Shown here in pieces: positions 47,323-60,990 of a stretch of 64,000 bases of DNA (its first letter is position 1; each line of letters starts with the position of its first letter). The notes beneath the pieces were generated by a model. That model saw only the letters and a program-made list of their open reading frames with translations, searched no databases and was not told the DNA's origin. The position numbers and the translations under genes were made by a program. The stretch comes from the human T2T-CHM13v2.0 reference genome, Homo sapiens. The stretch is from assembly GCF_009914755.1 (NCBI RefSeq), contig NC_060938.1. One strand, written 5' to 3'.

Positions 47323-48362
47323 TGCTGCAGGAAGTCAGGGACCCCGAACAGAGGGACAGGCTGGAGCCGCGGCAGAGAAACATGAATTGTGAAGATTTCA
47401 TGGACATTTAACAGTTCCCAAATAATACTTTTATAATTTCTTATGCCTGTCTTTACTTTACTCTCTTAATCCTGTTATCTTCATAAGCTGAGGATGTATG
47501 TCACCTCAGGACCACTGTGATAATTGTGTTAACTGTACAAATTGATTGTAAAATGTGTGTTTGAACAATATGAAATCAGTGCACCTTGAAAAAAAACAGA
47601 ATAACAGCAATTTTTAGGGAACAAGGGAAGATAACCATAAGGTCTGACTGCCTGTGGGGTCGGGCAAAAAGAGCCACATTTTTCTTCTTGCAGAAAGCCT
47701 ATAAATGGAAGTGCAAGTAGGAGAGATATTGCTAAATTATTTTCCTAGCAAGTAATATTATTATTAATACCCTGGGAAAGGAATGCATTCCTGGGGGGAG
47801 GTCTATAAACGGCTGCTCTGGGAGTGTCTGTCTTATGCGGTTGAGATAAGGACTGAGATATACACCCTGGTCTCCTGCAGTACCCTCAGGCTTACTAAGG
47901 TGGGGAAAAACTCCACCCTGGTAAATTTAAGGTCAGACCGGTTCTCTGACCTTAAAAAACAACCCTGTTTTCTGTTGTTTAAGATGTTTATCAAGACAAT
48001 ACAAGCACCGCTGAACACAGACCCTTATCAGTAGCTCTGCTTTTGCCTTTTGTCCTGTTCCCTCAGAAGCATGTGATCTTTGTTAGACCCTTATTAGTAG
48101 TTCTGCTTTTTGCCCTTTGAAGCATGTGATCTTTGTACCTACTCCCTGTTCTTACACCCCCTCCCCTTTTGAAACCCTTAAAAACTTGCTGGTCTGAGAC
48201 TCAGGCAGGCATCACAGTCCTACCGATATGTGATATCACCCCCGGCAGCCCAGCTGTAAAATTCCTCTCTTTGTAATCTTTCTCTTTATTTCTCAGCCAG
48301 CCAACACTTATGGAAAATAGAAAGAACCTACGTTGAAATATTGGGGGCGGGTTCCCCCGATA
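47323..48362 (+). mobile_element. MER11 solo LTR (HERV-K11/HML-8) with 6-bp TSD
   Basis: Starts 'tgctgcaggaagtcagggaccccgaac', ends 'gaacctacgttgaaatattgggggcgggttcccccgata'; TSD gtttac at 47317-47322 and 48363-48368. Confidence 0.92.
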
Positions 48363-48559
48363 GTTTACAAACAAACAAATAATTAACTCACTATTGTGAC
48401 AGTGTCACTCAATAGTATTGGCACAGGCATTAGTAATTTCAGGTATAGATATTCAAAATTCAAAGTACACCAAAATGTAATGTTCTAAGAAATTATTCCA
48501 AAAAATGTTCTTGGAATAAAAAGAGAAATTTCTTTTTAAAAAAAATTAATTATTACTAT

Positions 48560-48901
<342 letters not shown>

Positions 48902-50123
48902 AAAAAATATCTTCTTAGCTAAGTGGCTTTTAACATTTCCTATTTTTAAAAAGCATTATCAGGATGAATATTCATATTTTATTTACCAGGTATATATAGT
49001 GTCTACTAAGTGTTAGGCACTGTTCCAAGCATTTTACTCATTCAATCCATATCATAGCCCTATAATGTAAATATTGTTATTGTTATCATCCCCATTTCAC
49101 TGAAAAAGAAACTGAAGCACAGAGGTAAACTGTAAGCCCAAGAGCTCATAGCTAACAAATAAAGGCTCCAAGATTCAAGTCCAGCCATTCCCTCTCCTAT
49201 ACCTATTACATGTATTTGTATATACTTGGCAAGAGTACAGGGGAAGTCTGAGAAGCACAGAGAAGTGGAAGCACGTGAAAATCAGTTGTGGGTCCTAGTA
49301 AAAATGACAATAGGCCTCAGTTTCCTTGAGACAGTTCCAGTTTATGCCTGTTGGCCCAGTGGAATTATCAATAGTATCCACTGGCATTCCTAATAGTGTC
49401 CAAGCTTGAACAATACATTGTATAGTCCATCTGTTCAAAGTGCCCTATTCTACTACCATGGGCAAGGCTCTTAAGCCTTGTCGTCCATAATTCTCCCACC
49501 TGTGAAATAGAAATGCTAATGTTTGTTCTCTTTTTGCCTCCCAAGATGATATTATTGTGGCAGTATGTAGAAGAATGTAAATGTACGGTGCAGTATTTTC
49601 AAGTGTTATACATGTCAGATAGCTGTAAAGGGAACTTCTACAACTTCTAAGCTGCCATCATGTGCAGTGCACAAAGGTACGTGCTTTACATTTGCTAATG
49701 AATTCATTGCCCATGAGTACACAACGCCTTTTTTATTCTTACAAAAAAAAATTTATGATAGAAACCCAGGATAGAGTACAAACAAATCATTAAGTCACTA
49801 TTAACCATTATTACTGAACCAGAAACTATTACAAGAAACTTGAAAAGGAAGCTTTGCTAATTTCATTATATAACATCCACTTTACGGTTGACTCATTATT
49901 TCCACTTAAGCAAGAAAAATGAACAGAATGAAAAGAATACACTGTTTTGTTATTTAAAATACAGTTTAAAAGGCTAGTACTGATAAGTAATTTATCAGAC
50001 AGAAAAGCTATAGATTCACTTTACAAAGGAAGAAGTACATTGAGACCTTGCTGCTACAGTAATGAGTTGAAATTCAGGAAAATCACCTACATACTGGGAA
50101 TTAAAAGATGTGAGTTTTGTTAA

Positions 50124-50157
50124 GTGTGTGTGTGTGTGTGTGTGTGCGTGTGTGTGT
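50124..50157. repeat. (TG)n microsatellite
   Basis: Seen directly. Confidence 0.95.
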
Positions 50158-52233
50158 TGTGTGCCTCAATCCCTTTGTGTTTTGGCTTTTCAGTCTGGAA
50201 ATTCACAAAAATAGGACAAGTCATAATATCTAAAATGGATAAATATATTATATTCTTTTTATCTTCTTGTACCTTTCCTCAGTTTTCAATTTTCTGTTCC
50301 CTGATTTCCATCCACCTACTCCCCACACTCCAATTTTTGAAATATTGCAGTTCCATTACAACCTGTTACTTTCCTACTCCTCTTTAATTTATCAGCTCAC
50401 TAAGTGTACTCATCTCTTTATTGAAAATAAGGCAAGAAAACTAAATATATTTGTTGTGTTTATTTTTTCTTTAAAATTTTGTCCTACTTTGCAACAGCAG
50501 AATTTTGTTACAATTCTCTTAACTGTAAAGTCAGAAGTTTCAATTAGTTGATCCCCATGAAATGCACAGCTTTGTAGATCATGCAGCACTACATCATGTG
50601 AATGGAAGAGCTTAATAAATGCATCAGACTGAAACAAGGATGGAGATTACGATGGTGTGCGTGATTCTACCTTGCTTTGGAAAGTTGCGTGAAGGGATCA
50701 TCATAACAACTAACCCTGCTTCATTTAAGCAATGAATCTCGGGCCAAATAGAGAAAAAGAAAGAATCAAGGAAGGAAAGGAAGAAAAGAAAAAAGGAGGG
50801 AAGGAAGGAAAGGAAAGGAAAGAAAACCTTTTTGGTATATAAAAACATAAAAATGCCAGATTTGTAGCATTTATGTAATTTCTTTTTTCAGTGAAATTTG
50901 TTTTGTTAGTCATGAGAATCTGAAATACAAAGCCAAGTTATATAAATACAAATTTGGCTTTCTAAAAAATCTTTTTTATCTTTACCTGTCACAGAGAGTG
51001 GTTGCGAAAGTATTAATGAATGATGTTGTGCAGTCAGGAGACCTATGTGCTAGCTTTAGCTCTACTTCTAATTAACTGCCCATGCACAATCTAGTCGCCT
51101 AATTTTTATAGGCCTGGACTTTGTCATGATTCCTAAGGCGTCTCGGAATAAGAAATAATGAGAAGATTATATCTTTGGTCCTTTAAAACTTTTTTTTTAC
51201 ATTGCAAAACTGCCATACATTGACCAATTCTTTTCTATAGATAACCTGAGGTCTTTATAAAGTAAGATTTAAAAAGGGGAAATATTTAATGAGTAATATT
51301 TTCCAGTTATGTTTCCCACAAAGATGAGAAAATTATTAACATTGCATGTCACAACTAAATTGCAGCTTAAATGTACATAATGAATGTAAACTATTACAAT
51401 GTTATTAAAATAGTTTATGGTTACTCTTTATAACATCATAGTATTCCAAGAACCAGAGCTTCTGACTTTAAGTTGACCTGTGCTTTCCATAAAGAACAGT
51501 TTCATACTTGTGAAAAAAATGTATAATTGCTGTAAAACAATAGTTTGTGAACACTACTTCAGACTTTCTAATCATGCTCGAGGGAACACAAGAGCTCATT
51601 TCCTCTGAACTTCTACTACTTATGTTTTATGTTAAGAGGTTGCATTGGTTTGCAGAGGCATTAGTTAGCCAGAAAACTAGTCCCTTGAGCACTTGCTTCA
51701 TTATTAAATGTAAAATAAGCCACTAAATAGCAGGATGAAGGCAACTTTCACATTTACCAAAATCACCTAATAGGCTTATGGAGAACAGGTGAGTATCATT
51801 CCATTCTAGAGTACTAAGTACATCCACTTGAAATATAGAAAACACAGCCTCTTCCAAGCATGAAGGAATCTTTGTATTCTTTGATTTCTCAGAAGCAAAA
51901 ATTTAGCAAGTACAGACACAAGTTATAATAAAGATACAATGAAGGCACTGCCTGCTTGGATTGAAGAGCACAGGAGAGAGAGCAATTAGGTCATTTCTAA
52001 CTCATTTTTCTCCAGGTCACCCAGTCCTTGCAGTAAGCCAGGGTCAACTCCACCTAGACAACCTCCCCAGCACTATAACTTGGTTTCATAAGGGACCACC
52101 ATATTGCGCTCACTATTTTCAGTTAAATTCATGGCAATGAAACTCTTTCACTCCCAGACAACTGTTTATCAATGACTGATAACATAATATTCACGACAGA
52201 GGAATAGCCTGCTTGAACCAGCACTTTTCTTAC

Positions 52234-52317
52234 CTGTTACTTGGTTTTGAAGAGACTATAAACTATTGGAAGAACTTGTCTGGTTTCCTATTTTATGCCA
52301 AACCTTATTCTATCGCT
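52234..52317 (-). other. Candidate 84-nt internal non-coding exon
   Basis: Minus strand reads 'tttttttcctcctcttttttag|AGCGATAG...CAAGTAACAG|gtaaga': strong polypyrimidine acceptor and consensus donor. Stops occur in all three frames. Confidence 0.4.
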
Positions 52318-53847
52318 CTAAAAAAGAGGAGGAAAAAAATACTCATTTTTTGAACAGCAACAAAAAAAAAATCACAGATATCATAATGCTATTGAGCAAG
52401 TTAATGCAAAATACAGTGGAATAATACCTAGCCCAGGAATGAGAAGACATGAATTCTGCTTTTGAAACCTTTGAAAAATTATGCCTTCTCTCAATGCCTC
52501 AATGTTTTCTTATAAAGTAAGAAAGGTTTCTAAATTAAAGGTTTGAAGGTTTCTAAACTTTTGTTAGAATGAGAATCCTTTTTTTAACCAAATTTACCAA
52601 TGAATTCAACCTGTTAAACTGATAAAATGACACTGCTGTGGACAAAAAGGCAGCAAGAAACCCACACTGTCACCAACCGTCTTCTGTCTTCTCCCCTCGC
52701 CCCCATGCAGACTGCAAACCACTAAGCTTTGGCATCTCTAAGATCACTTCGGTGATTATGGATGGATGACAAGGAGAATAAATAAATCAGATGTTAGTTT
52801 TTAAATACTGATACTGAGCTGTCTGAGGCTCAGGAAAAGAGTTTAACAGAAAAATAAAGGGGGAAGGAATTGATGGTCCTCTCTCAGTGGTTCTACATTC
52901 TGGCTACTGGGGCCTTGTTTTAGAGAACTCCGTTTATTTTATTATCATTCACTTCTGGTTTGAAAAGCCAAAGAGTCAAATAATAGAATGAATTAAAAAG
53001 AATATGTTTGTTGTAATAAATTTCATATTTCTCATCTATACCAGTTCACTCTCCTCTAAGGAGCACCAAAATATGCTTAAGGTAGAGATTGCTACCATAT
53101 ATTTACTCTGGTTCATCATAATTCTATGTCAAACATCCCTTAGAGAAATAACTAATTATAATCTTATTCAAAGATGGAATCCAACCTAAAACAAAATTAA
53201 GTCTGCTATTATGAGGTAGTATGAGACAATACCAAGTTGAATTTGTAGACAGCCTACTATTCAGAATTTATGAAAGACTTTTCTAATGGAAAACTAGTAT
53301 AATCAACAAGCTGGAGTTTAAAACAAACTTGAGGACAAATCGTGAAATGGAAAAATTAACTGTTCATTCAATAAATTGTTTTGCACCAATAATGATTCTG
53401 GCAATACTGTAGGTACTAGAGGTATAGCTGTGAACAAAACAGACAAAAATCCTTGCCTTCATGAAGCTTATATTCTCATTTTCTTTTTATTTTATTCCTC
53501 CCTCTCTCCTTCCTTCCTTTCTTCTTTCCTTCCTTCATTATTTTCTCTTCTATATTCACCTTATTCTAGAAAGGATTAAAGGTGATAGGGCAATACATTC
53601 CATAGAATAAAACATTTAACCTATAGTTAACAGGCCCCCTTGCCGCCGCCGCCAAAATACAACAGGCCCCTTTGTAGGACACGGACCACTGGAGAACACT
53701 AGCTATTTACATTGAACATTCTCATTGTCAATACTCTAGTGTAAAAGAAGGGAGAAGAGGCAATAAGCACAAAAGAGTAAGAATAAAGAGGGAGAAATAA
53801 GAGAAAATGGGAGATGAAGTAACAAAAATCAGAAATTTTAAGTAGAG

Positions 53848-54328
53848 TGCTTTGGCACAGACCACTAATTGTCCTCCAATATTCATTCTCCTGTTCCTTC
53901 CTTGTAATAATAGAATATTTCCCATTACTTCTTACTTTTAGCTGGACACATAATTGCCTATCCCCAAACTATACTTCGCAGAGTCCTTTGCAGCTAGGTG
54001 TGACCATATAACTAAGTTCCAGCCAATGACATATGAAAGAAAGGAAGTGATGTAAACAATTTCAGGCCACATTTGTATTAAGGAAGTGGCTTTCCCTCCG
54101 TTCTTATGACTATCCACCATCAATTGAGGCTAGGACAAGAACAGAGTTGTGGTAATCCACCTTTACTATTAGATGGGAGTCATATTTTGGGGAAAGAAGG
54201 GAAAAACAGAAGTAACATGAATTCCTTCACCTTATGGAATGAAAACTCCTCTATGCCCTCTTTCTTTTCTGAGTCACTGTATTTTAGGGTGTCTTTGATA
54301 CAGCAACTTAGATTATACCCTAATTAAC
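53848..54328. mobile_element. ERVL LTR16/LTR40-like
   Basis: 'gaccactaattgtcctccaatattcattctcc...gtaataatagaa' and terminus 'tacagcaacttag..tataccctaattaac'. Confidence 0.6.
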
Positions 54329-54978
54329 ATAAGCTTTTTCTACTTTGTTAATGACTAAAAAATGGAAACAAAAAAAAAATCGGAATAGATGCAAAGAAAC
54401 GACACTCATTAAGTGCCTCTGCCTCTATTACAAGAGTTAGAATCTTCAGGGAGTCTTAACTCTAGCTCGGTCAAGTCACACTAAGAGAGCTTCGTAAAAT
54501 GATTCTGAGAGTTTCCATAGACACCTCAGGTAGGTCAGATTTCAACAGTCCAAAAAAATTTCAGCAGGATGCTGAAATCATTCACCACAGTCACATTCTA
54601 CCTATGGCTGGCTATCTGCTAGCTTCTTATTACACAGAACTTAAAAAAACACCTTTTTTCCTATCATACAAACATCTCTACCTTGCTATTTTGCTTAGCA
54701 GGATGGATTTGGCATGGAATTGATTAAATAGGAAATATTTCTAGCCTCTTCACTCTTTAGCTGCATTCCTCATGACAATAAAATAAAGAGTGATACAGTA
54801 GATTACAAGATTGTGTACACAAACTGGACAAATACAGACCTTGGATACACATCGTGGGAGTAGATACTAAACAATTATATCATTGAGAATGCTTTCTTTC
54901 CCCAGAGTCTTTTCTCCAGTATTTTTAGAAAATACCATATACAATTATTGTAACTCATGCTTTGAAATAATAATGTTA

Positions 54979-55304
<326 letters not shown>

Positions 55305-56086
55305 TCATTTGTTATAACTTATTCTTCCTGTATATTTGCTACTAAAATATTGAAAGCTATTTTTGAGTCTACCATTAAAAAGTATTTACAAATATTTGAA
55401 TAATCTGGGTAATTAAGCATTAAAAGTAGTAGAGAAAAATAGGTTAAACATGGTGATGCAACAAAAATGTATAGCATGTTCTGACATTCCATTTTTCTTC
55501 AGATTTTTATTTGTTTGCTTTTCCTCCTACGCACCATAATAAAACATAGAGTTACAATCAACGTGTGATGACAAATGGTCTCCGGGTTGGGTTTGCATTC
55601 CTCTAAATATATTGGCATTTGTAAGCTGGAAAAGATAGATGTAATCAACCACCCTCAGACAAAAGTAGGATGACTATTTCTGGCAAAATGTTCAAACCAC
55701 ATTAAGCCCTAATTTGAAATGATGTTTGAAAGAAAGCAATGCAACTAGGACCAATTTATTTGTACAGCAACTAAAAACTGAACTTACTAGACATATTTAA
55801 GAGATGGAAGCAATTAAATGTGTTTGTTTTCTAAATAGACCAAGTATATTAGAAACTTTGAAGGCAAGAAAAATCCCACTTTACTAGACTCAATCATTTG
55901 TTGCTGCGCAATACTTAAATCATTTTCTTTAGTAGTCCTCTGAGGTTGTTCTAGTAAAACACGCTATTTTTAAGAGGGAATAAACAATCTGTTTAATTTC
56001 ACATTATCAATATATCATAGAATTTCTTTCTAGTTAGCAGCATGTAGAAGTATGAAATCGCTGTGAGAAAGTGTGAGACAACCTTT

Positions 56087-56833
56087 TTTTTGCTGGTATG
56101 TGTGAACCTTACAGAAAACCAATTCCTGTTGTTTACACATTCAAATGTTTGTCAGACTCTTCTGCAAACCAGTGGTGCAGAGAGTCATTTTTATGGCGGG
56201 GGGGGAATTGGTGGTTTTCATTGGTGGTTTTCATTCTTGTTTTTCAAAAAGATGAATTTCGATGTTTTCTCCTTGTATTCAAATCAAGTTTCTATGGTAG
56301 TCTGAAAAAATTCAGGTAAAATTATGTCATCTGAATCCTCTTATGTACATACCTAGACACAGATTTAGCATTTCAGCTAAAGATAACAATTGTTCTGGCT
56401 CCAAGGAGACTGAAATAGTGACATTTGTACCCAAAATAATATCTGGCTCCAAATGTGGGATGGCCAGATAACAGAATATCATCAAGTCTTTGGCTAATAT
56501 ATGTACCATGACCACTCAATCAAAGAGAGTTTCTTTGAGACCAAGTGTCCTAGACGTTCTGGCATCTTTTGCCCGGGGATATATCCTACAAGCCTGGCTA
56601 AGAAAGGTGGCTCTTTACACACCATAATGAAGACCAGGCCCAGGAGGGCAGCACCGCCAAGGTCCCACTGAAGTTTGCCAAGAATTGATGCTACGGAGTA
56701 TTGAAAACAGGACAGGGCCCTGTCAGTTCTCCTGCTCTGCATCACTAGTTTGCAGAAGAGTCTGACAAATATCTGAATGAATAAACAACAACAGGAATTT
56801 GTTTTCTGTGAGGATCACACATACCAGCAAAAA
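56087..56833. repeat. Non-Alu inverted repeat: arms 56087-56182 and 56735-56833, 552-bp spacer
   Basis: Manual alignment gives 87/96 identical positions (9 substitutions plus one 3-nt indel). Confidence 0.95.
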
Positions 56834-59399
56834 TACATGAGGACGGCCCCTGCATGGAAGACACAGGAAAGACTGAGAGGAAAAAAGAGAAAACTCTAAT
56901 TTTTTAATCTCATTCCAGCATAACTCCAAAGAACTCAAGGGCTCTCCTCAGGGTTTATTTACTTTATGCAAAAACACTAACAATTCAATATTGCTAACAG
57001 TGGTGGTTCCTCCTAGAAATCCATCTAGGGCTAGGAGATGTATTTGACTTTGATATGTGCCTATTCAAGCTGCTGAGAAAAGAATTAAGGAAATGTTCCT
57101 TAAAGAGAGGAGCAGCCTGAAACATATTCACAAGGCTAAAATACTGGTGAGACAACTAAAGCATGACCAAAACATCAACTTCAATGAATTGCTTCATTTC
57201 AAACTAGTATAAGATTTCATATATAGCAAGTGTAAAATATTTTAATTGAGCTAAAAACCAATGAATGTTTCAGATCCCATAACTGTAATATTCAGCACTT
57301 TGGCTAAAGTATTTAAAGATTAAACGTTTCTTCTACTTAAAAACTACATTAAGAATGAAAATACAAATAATACATTAAATAAAAATACATTTTAAAGAAA
57401 TTCACATTATATTTATCTATGTAAAACTGAACTTGTCCCAGGGAACAATCCTGCTTTAACAGAAAGGATAAGAAAACTCAAAGAGTTTTGAAGTATTGGC
57501 TTTAAAAAAAAACAACTAAAACTTACTAAGCAAGAATAGTCATAAAATTTAAATCACTCAGCAAGCACTAAGCGAATACATGTTATATGTAAGACACTGT
57601 AAACTTCAATTTTCATAACACACAGCACATGTACAATACCCTCTCTCAAGATGAGCTTGGTACCACATATACAGACCTATGTCCCACTCCGGGTAGATAA
57701 TCTTTCACTGGCCTCTTCTCAGTTGGAATTTACAATTTACTACCTTACAATGCATATACATTCACTTTGTGTGCATCTTACAACACTTAAGATACAATGG
57801 TACTACAAGGCATATTTGACTTTCTCTAACTTCAGCATTACATTTGAAGTCCTTGGACATGTTATTGAAAGCCCTTACTAGGCAGACCTTTCCAAACTAA
57901 CCAGAACATATCCTTTTAATAAAAAATAATAGCTATGTTCTCATTTTCAAAGTTTGTGATTAAAACCTACAGTGAAAGAATCCAGCTGAGAAAAAATTTC
58001 CTTTTGGTTCAAAAAAAAATAATGTCATTAAATTTATCGGAACAATATGAAATGAAGATGTTGTTGTTGGGTCCTTCACTTATAATAGAAACCAAATATG
58101 CTTGCTGGCTTAGTTAAATCCACAAATTATTTGTCACATAACATTTCAACAACAATTTTGAACATATAAAAGTTAAGGTACCAAAGAAAATCCCACTGTC
58201 AATGATAATCAAACTAAACAACTACACATCTTTTTGTATGTGATTTAATTGCCCAGATTTCAAAGAAAGCCACATAATCTTATGAGTTAAAATATTTCTT
58301 TTTCTTATTTTAAGCATGGCAGGACAGCTTTTCAAAACATAACTTGTAGTATTGGGTGCCATTCCAACTACCAATTCAGATCCTTTGACATGGCGGCTCA
58401 GTTTGCTAATCTTGGCTTATACTTTTAAAAACAACTTACTACAACTTTACGTGGTAGCATTCTGTTTTTCTTATAGTTTATAGCTGAAAAATGTACTCTT
58501 TAATTACTCTTGATATTGACAAAGGGCACTGTGACTCATTTTATTTTTCAACATAGAGCTAAAAGGTACATGAATCATCCTTTTAAAATTTGGAATGCAG
58601 GCAAAACAGTGGCTGTGAATGGAGTCTAAGTAAATAATTCCTCTCATCATCTAAACTTTTTTTCAGGGCATCAGCACTAGAAAAAGTCATTTTCTTAGCA
58701 GTAGCTTATTGCCCTAAAAAAGAAATGGTGAAAAATTTATTCCCAGAGCACAGTTTATTTACCATAAGATGTGGCTCAGTAAAGTGTTTTGTATGTTGGA
58801 AATGTAAAGTTAATTCTTCCTGTCAAAGCCTTAGGAAAACAGGCACATCGTAAACATACTTTTGCATTTTAGAGCTGGCTCTCTTTATTTTAGAAGAGAG
58901 TTTTTTCTATACATCCCTTAAGTCGGCATTCTTAGATGTGTAGAAATGAGAATAAGTAATTTAATAGTATCCTGGTATGACAGATCTAATATAACATATA
59001 CTAGAGTACGTTTTTCACTCTCCACATGGGAATACAAAGAGGGAGAGGGGGGAAGTGTAGAAAATAAAATCCCAAGAGATGAAACTGATACCTCTCTATG
59101 AAGAACTTTTAAGCTCCTTCAAATAGTGGGGTTAAGTCACTGCCAAGGCTCAATACTGCCATCTCCTTCCTAAATGCAGAAATACATAAGCAATCTGAGG
59201 ATAAAAATACAGGATCACAAAGCAAAAAGTAGTTACTGGATACATAAAATTCACCAAACATAGTTTTTTTTTGTTTGTTTGTTTTTTTGTCATTTTGGTA
59301 GGAAGTCCAATCACTAAAGATAGTTTAAAAGCTTTATTAAATTAACAAATATTTTAAGACTACAAAATGATTCTTTTTTGTATGGATTCCCCTCCTCCC

Positions 59400-59994
59400 A
59401 AAAAGCTTAATTTATAGTTTAAATGATAATAGCCCTCCCCAGAAACTAAACCACCTTTGCAAAACTAATGAAAGGCCACCAAGTTAGGAGGATGGTAGGA
59501 ACCCGAATTATACTAACGTACAGATGTAATGGATTACCAGCCATTATTCCAGAGGTCACAATATTTGCAGCTTCTCCAACCACTCCTGCAGATAACACCA
59601 CTATTGTTAGAACCTAAGAATGGACTTTTGAGATGTCTTTTCAGGTTTTTGCATTTCTGACAACTGATGGCTCCACCCAGATCCACCAACAAGTCCTGTG
59701 GCCCCACCTAGAAGCAGACTCAGCAAACAGGAAGACCATTTTCCACAGCTCTGTGATTGTACCCCCAAACAATCAGCAGCTCCCATTCCCCAGCCACCTG
59801 CCTCCTCCCAACTTATTTTTGAAAAACTCTAGCCTCCAAATTTTTAGGGAGGCTGATTTGAGTAATAATAAAACTCCGCTCTCCTGTTTAACTGGTTCTG
59901 CATATGTAAAGCTCTTTCTCTATTGCAGTTCCCCTGCCTTGATAAATTGGCTTTATCTGGGCAGTGGGTAAGAAGAACCCATTGAGTGGTTACA
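59400..59994 (+). mobile_element. LTR8-family (ERV1) LTR, 5' truncated
   Basis: 'ggaggctgatttgagtaataataaaactcc' and terminus 'ttgataaattggct.tatctgggcagtggg.aag..gaacccattg.gtggttaca'. Confidence 0.8.
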
Positions 59995-60598
59995 CTATTA
60001 TTGATAATAGTCCAACTTATTTTTCTTATTTTAAAAGATATTTAAGGATTGAGACAACTACTAAGGAAGTACATAAAACCAACCTTAAATTTAAGCAGAG
60101 TAATTCCCTGGACTATCTTTTCTTTAGGGTTTTTATACTTATTCCTTGACTCCCATGGTTTCCTTACCTAGTAATTGATTCCTGAAAATCCACCATTACA
60201 ATAATTTTTTTTTAATTTAAAGGTTTTTTCAGAGGCATTTGAACCAGAGTGACTCCATCTTGAACACAGGCTGGGTAAAATAAGTCTGACACCTACTGGG
60301 CTGCATTCCCAGGAGGTTAGGCATTCTAAGTCACAGGATGAGATACAAGCTTAGCACAAGATACAAGTCACAAAGATCCTGCCGATAAAACAGCATGCAG
60401 TTAAGAAGCTGGCCAAATCCAACCAAAACCAAGATGGTGATGGAAGTGACCTCCAGTAATCCTCACTGCTCATTATACACTAATTATAATGCATTGGCTT
60501 GCTAAAGGACACTCCCACTGGCGCCATGACAGTTTACAAATGCCATGGCAACATCCAGAAGTTACCCTAGATGGTCGAAAAAGGAGAAGAAGCCTCAG

Positions 60599-60628
60599 TT
60601 CCAGGAACTGCCTGCCCCTTTCATAGAA
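60599..60628. promoter_or_regulatory. Tandem GAS (STAT) motifs
   Basis: TTCCAGGAA at 60599-60607 and TTCATAGAA at 60620-60628, both matching TTCN3GAA. Confidence 0.6.
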
Positions 60629-60653
60629 AACTCATAAATCCACCCCTTGCTTA

Positions 60654-60990
<337 letters not shown>

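Noticed and set aside
48020-48140. Internal direct repeat 'gacccttat..gtag.tctgcttttgcc...gaagcatgtgatctttgt'
   Set aside because: Part of the normal MER11 LTR structure.
50748-50826. Purine-rich GGAA/GAAA tract
   Set aside because: Common low-complexity sequence; the GGAA run is too interrupted to claim a function.
56063-56938. Two ORFs with similar peptides (FLLVCV.LTEN.FLL...CQTLLQTS.AE)
   Set aside because: The similarity is a by-product of the DNA inverted repeat, not paralogous proteins.
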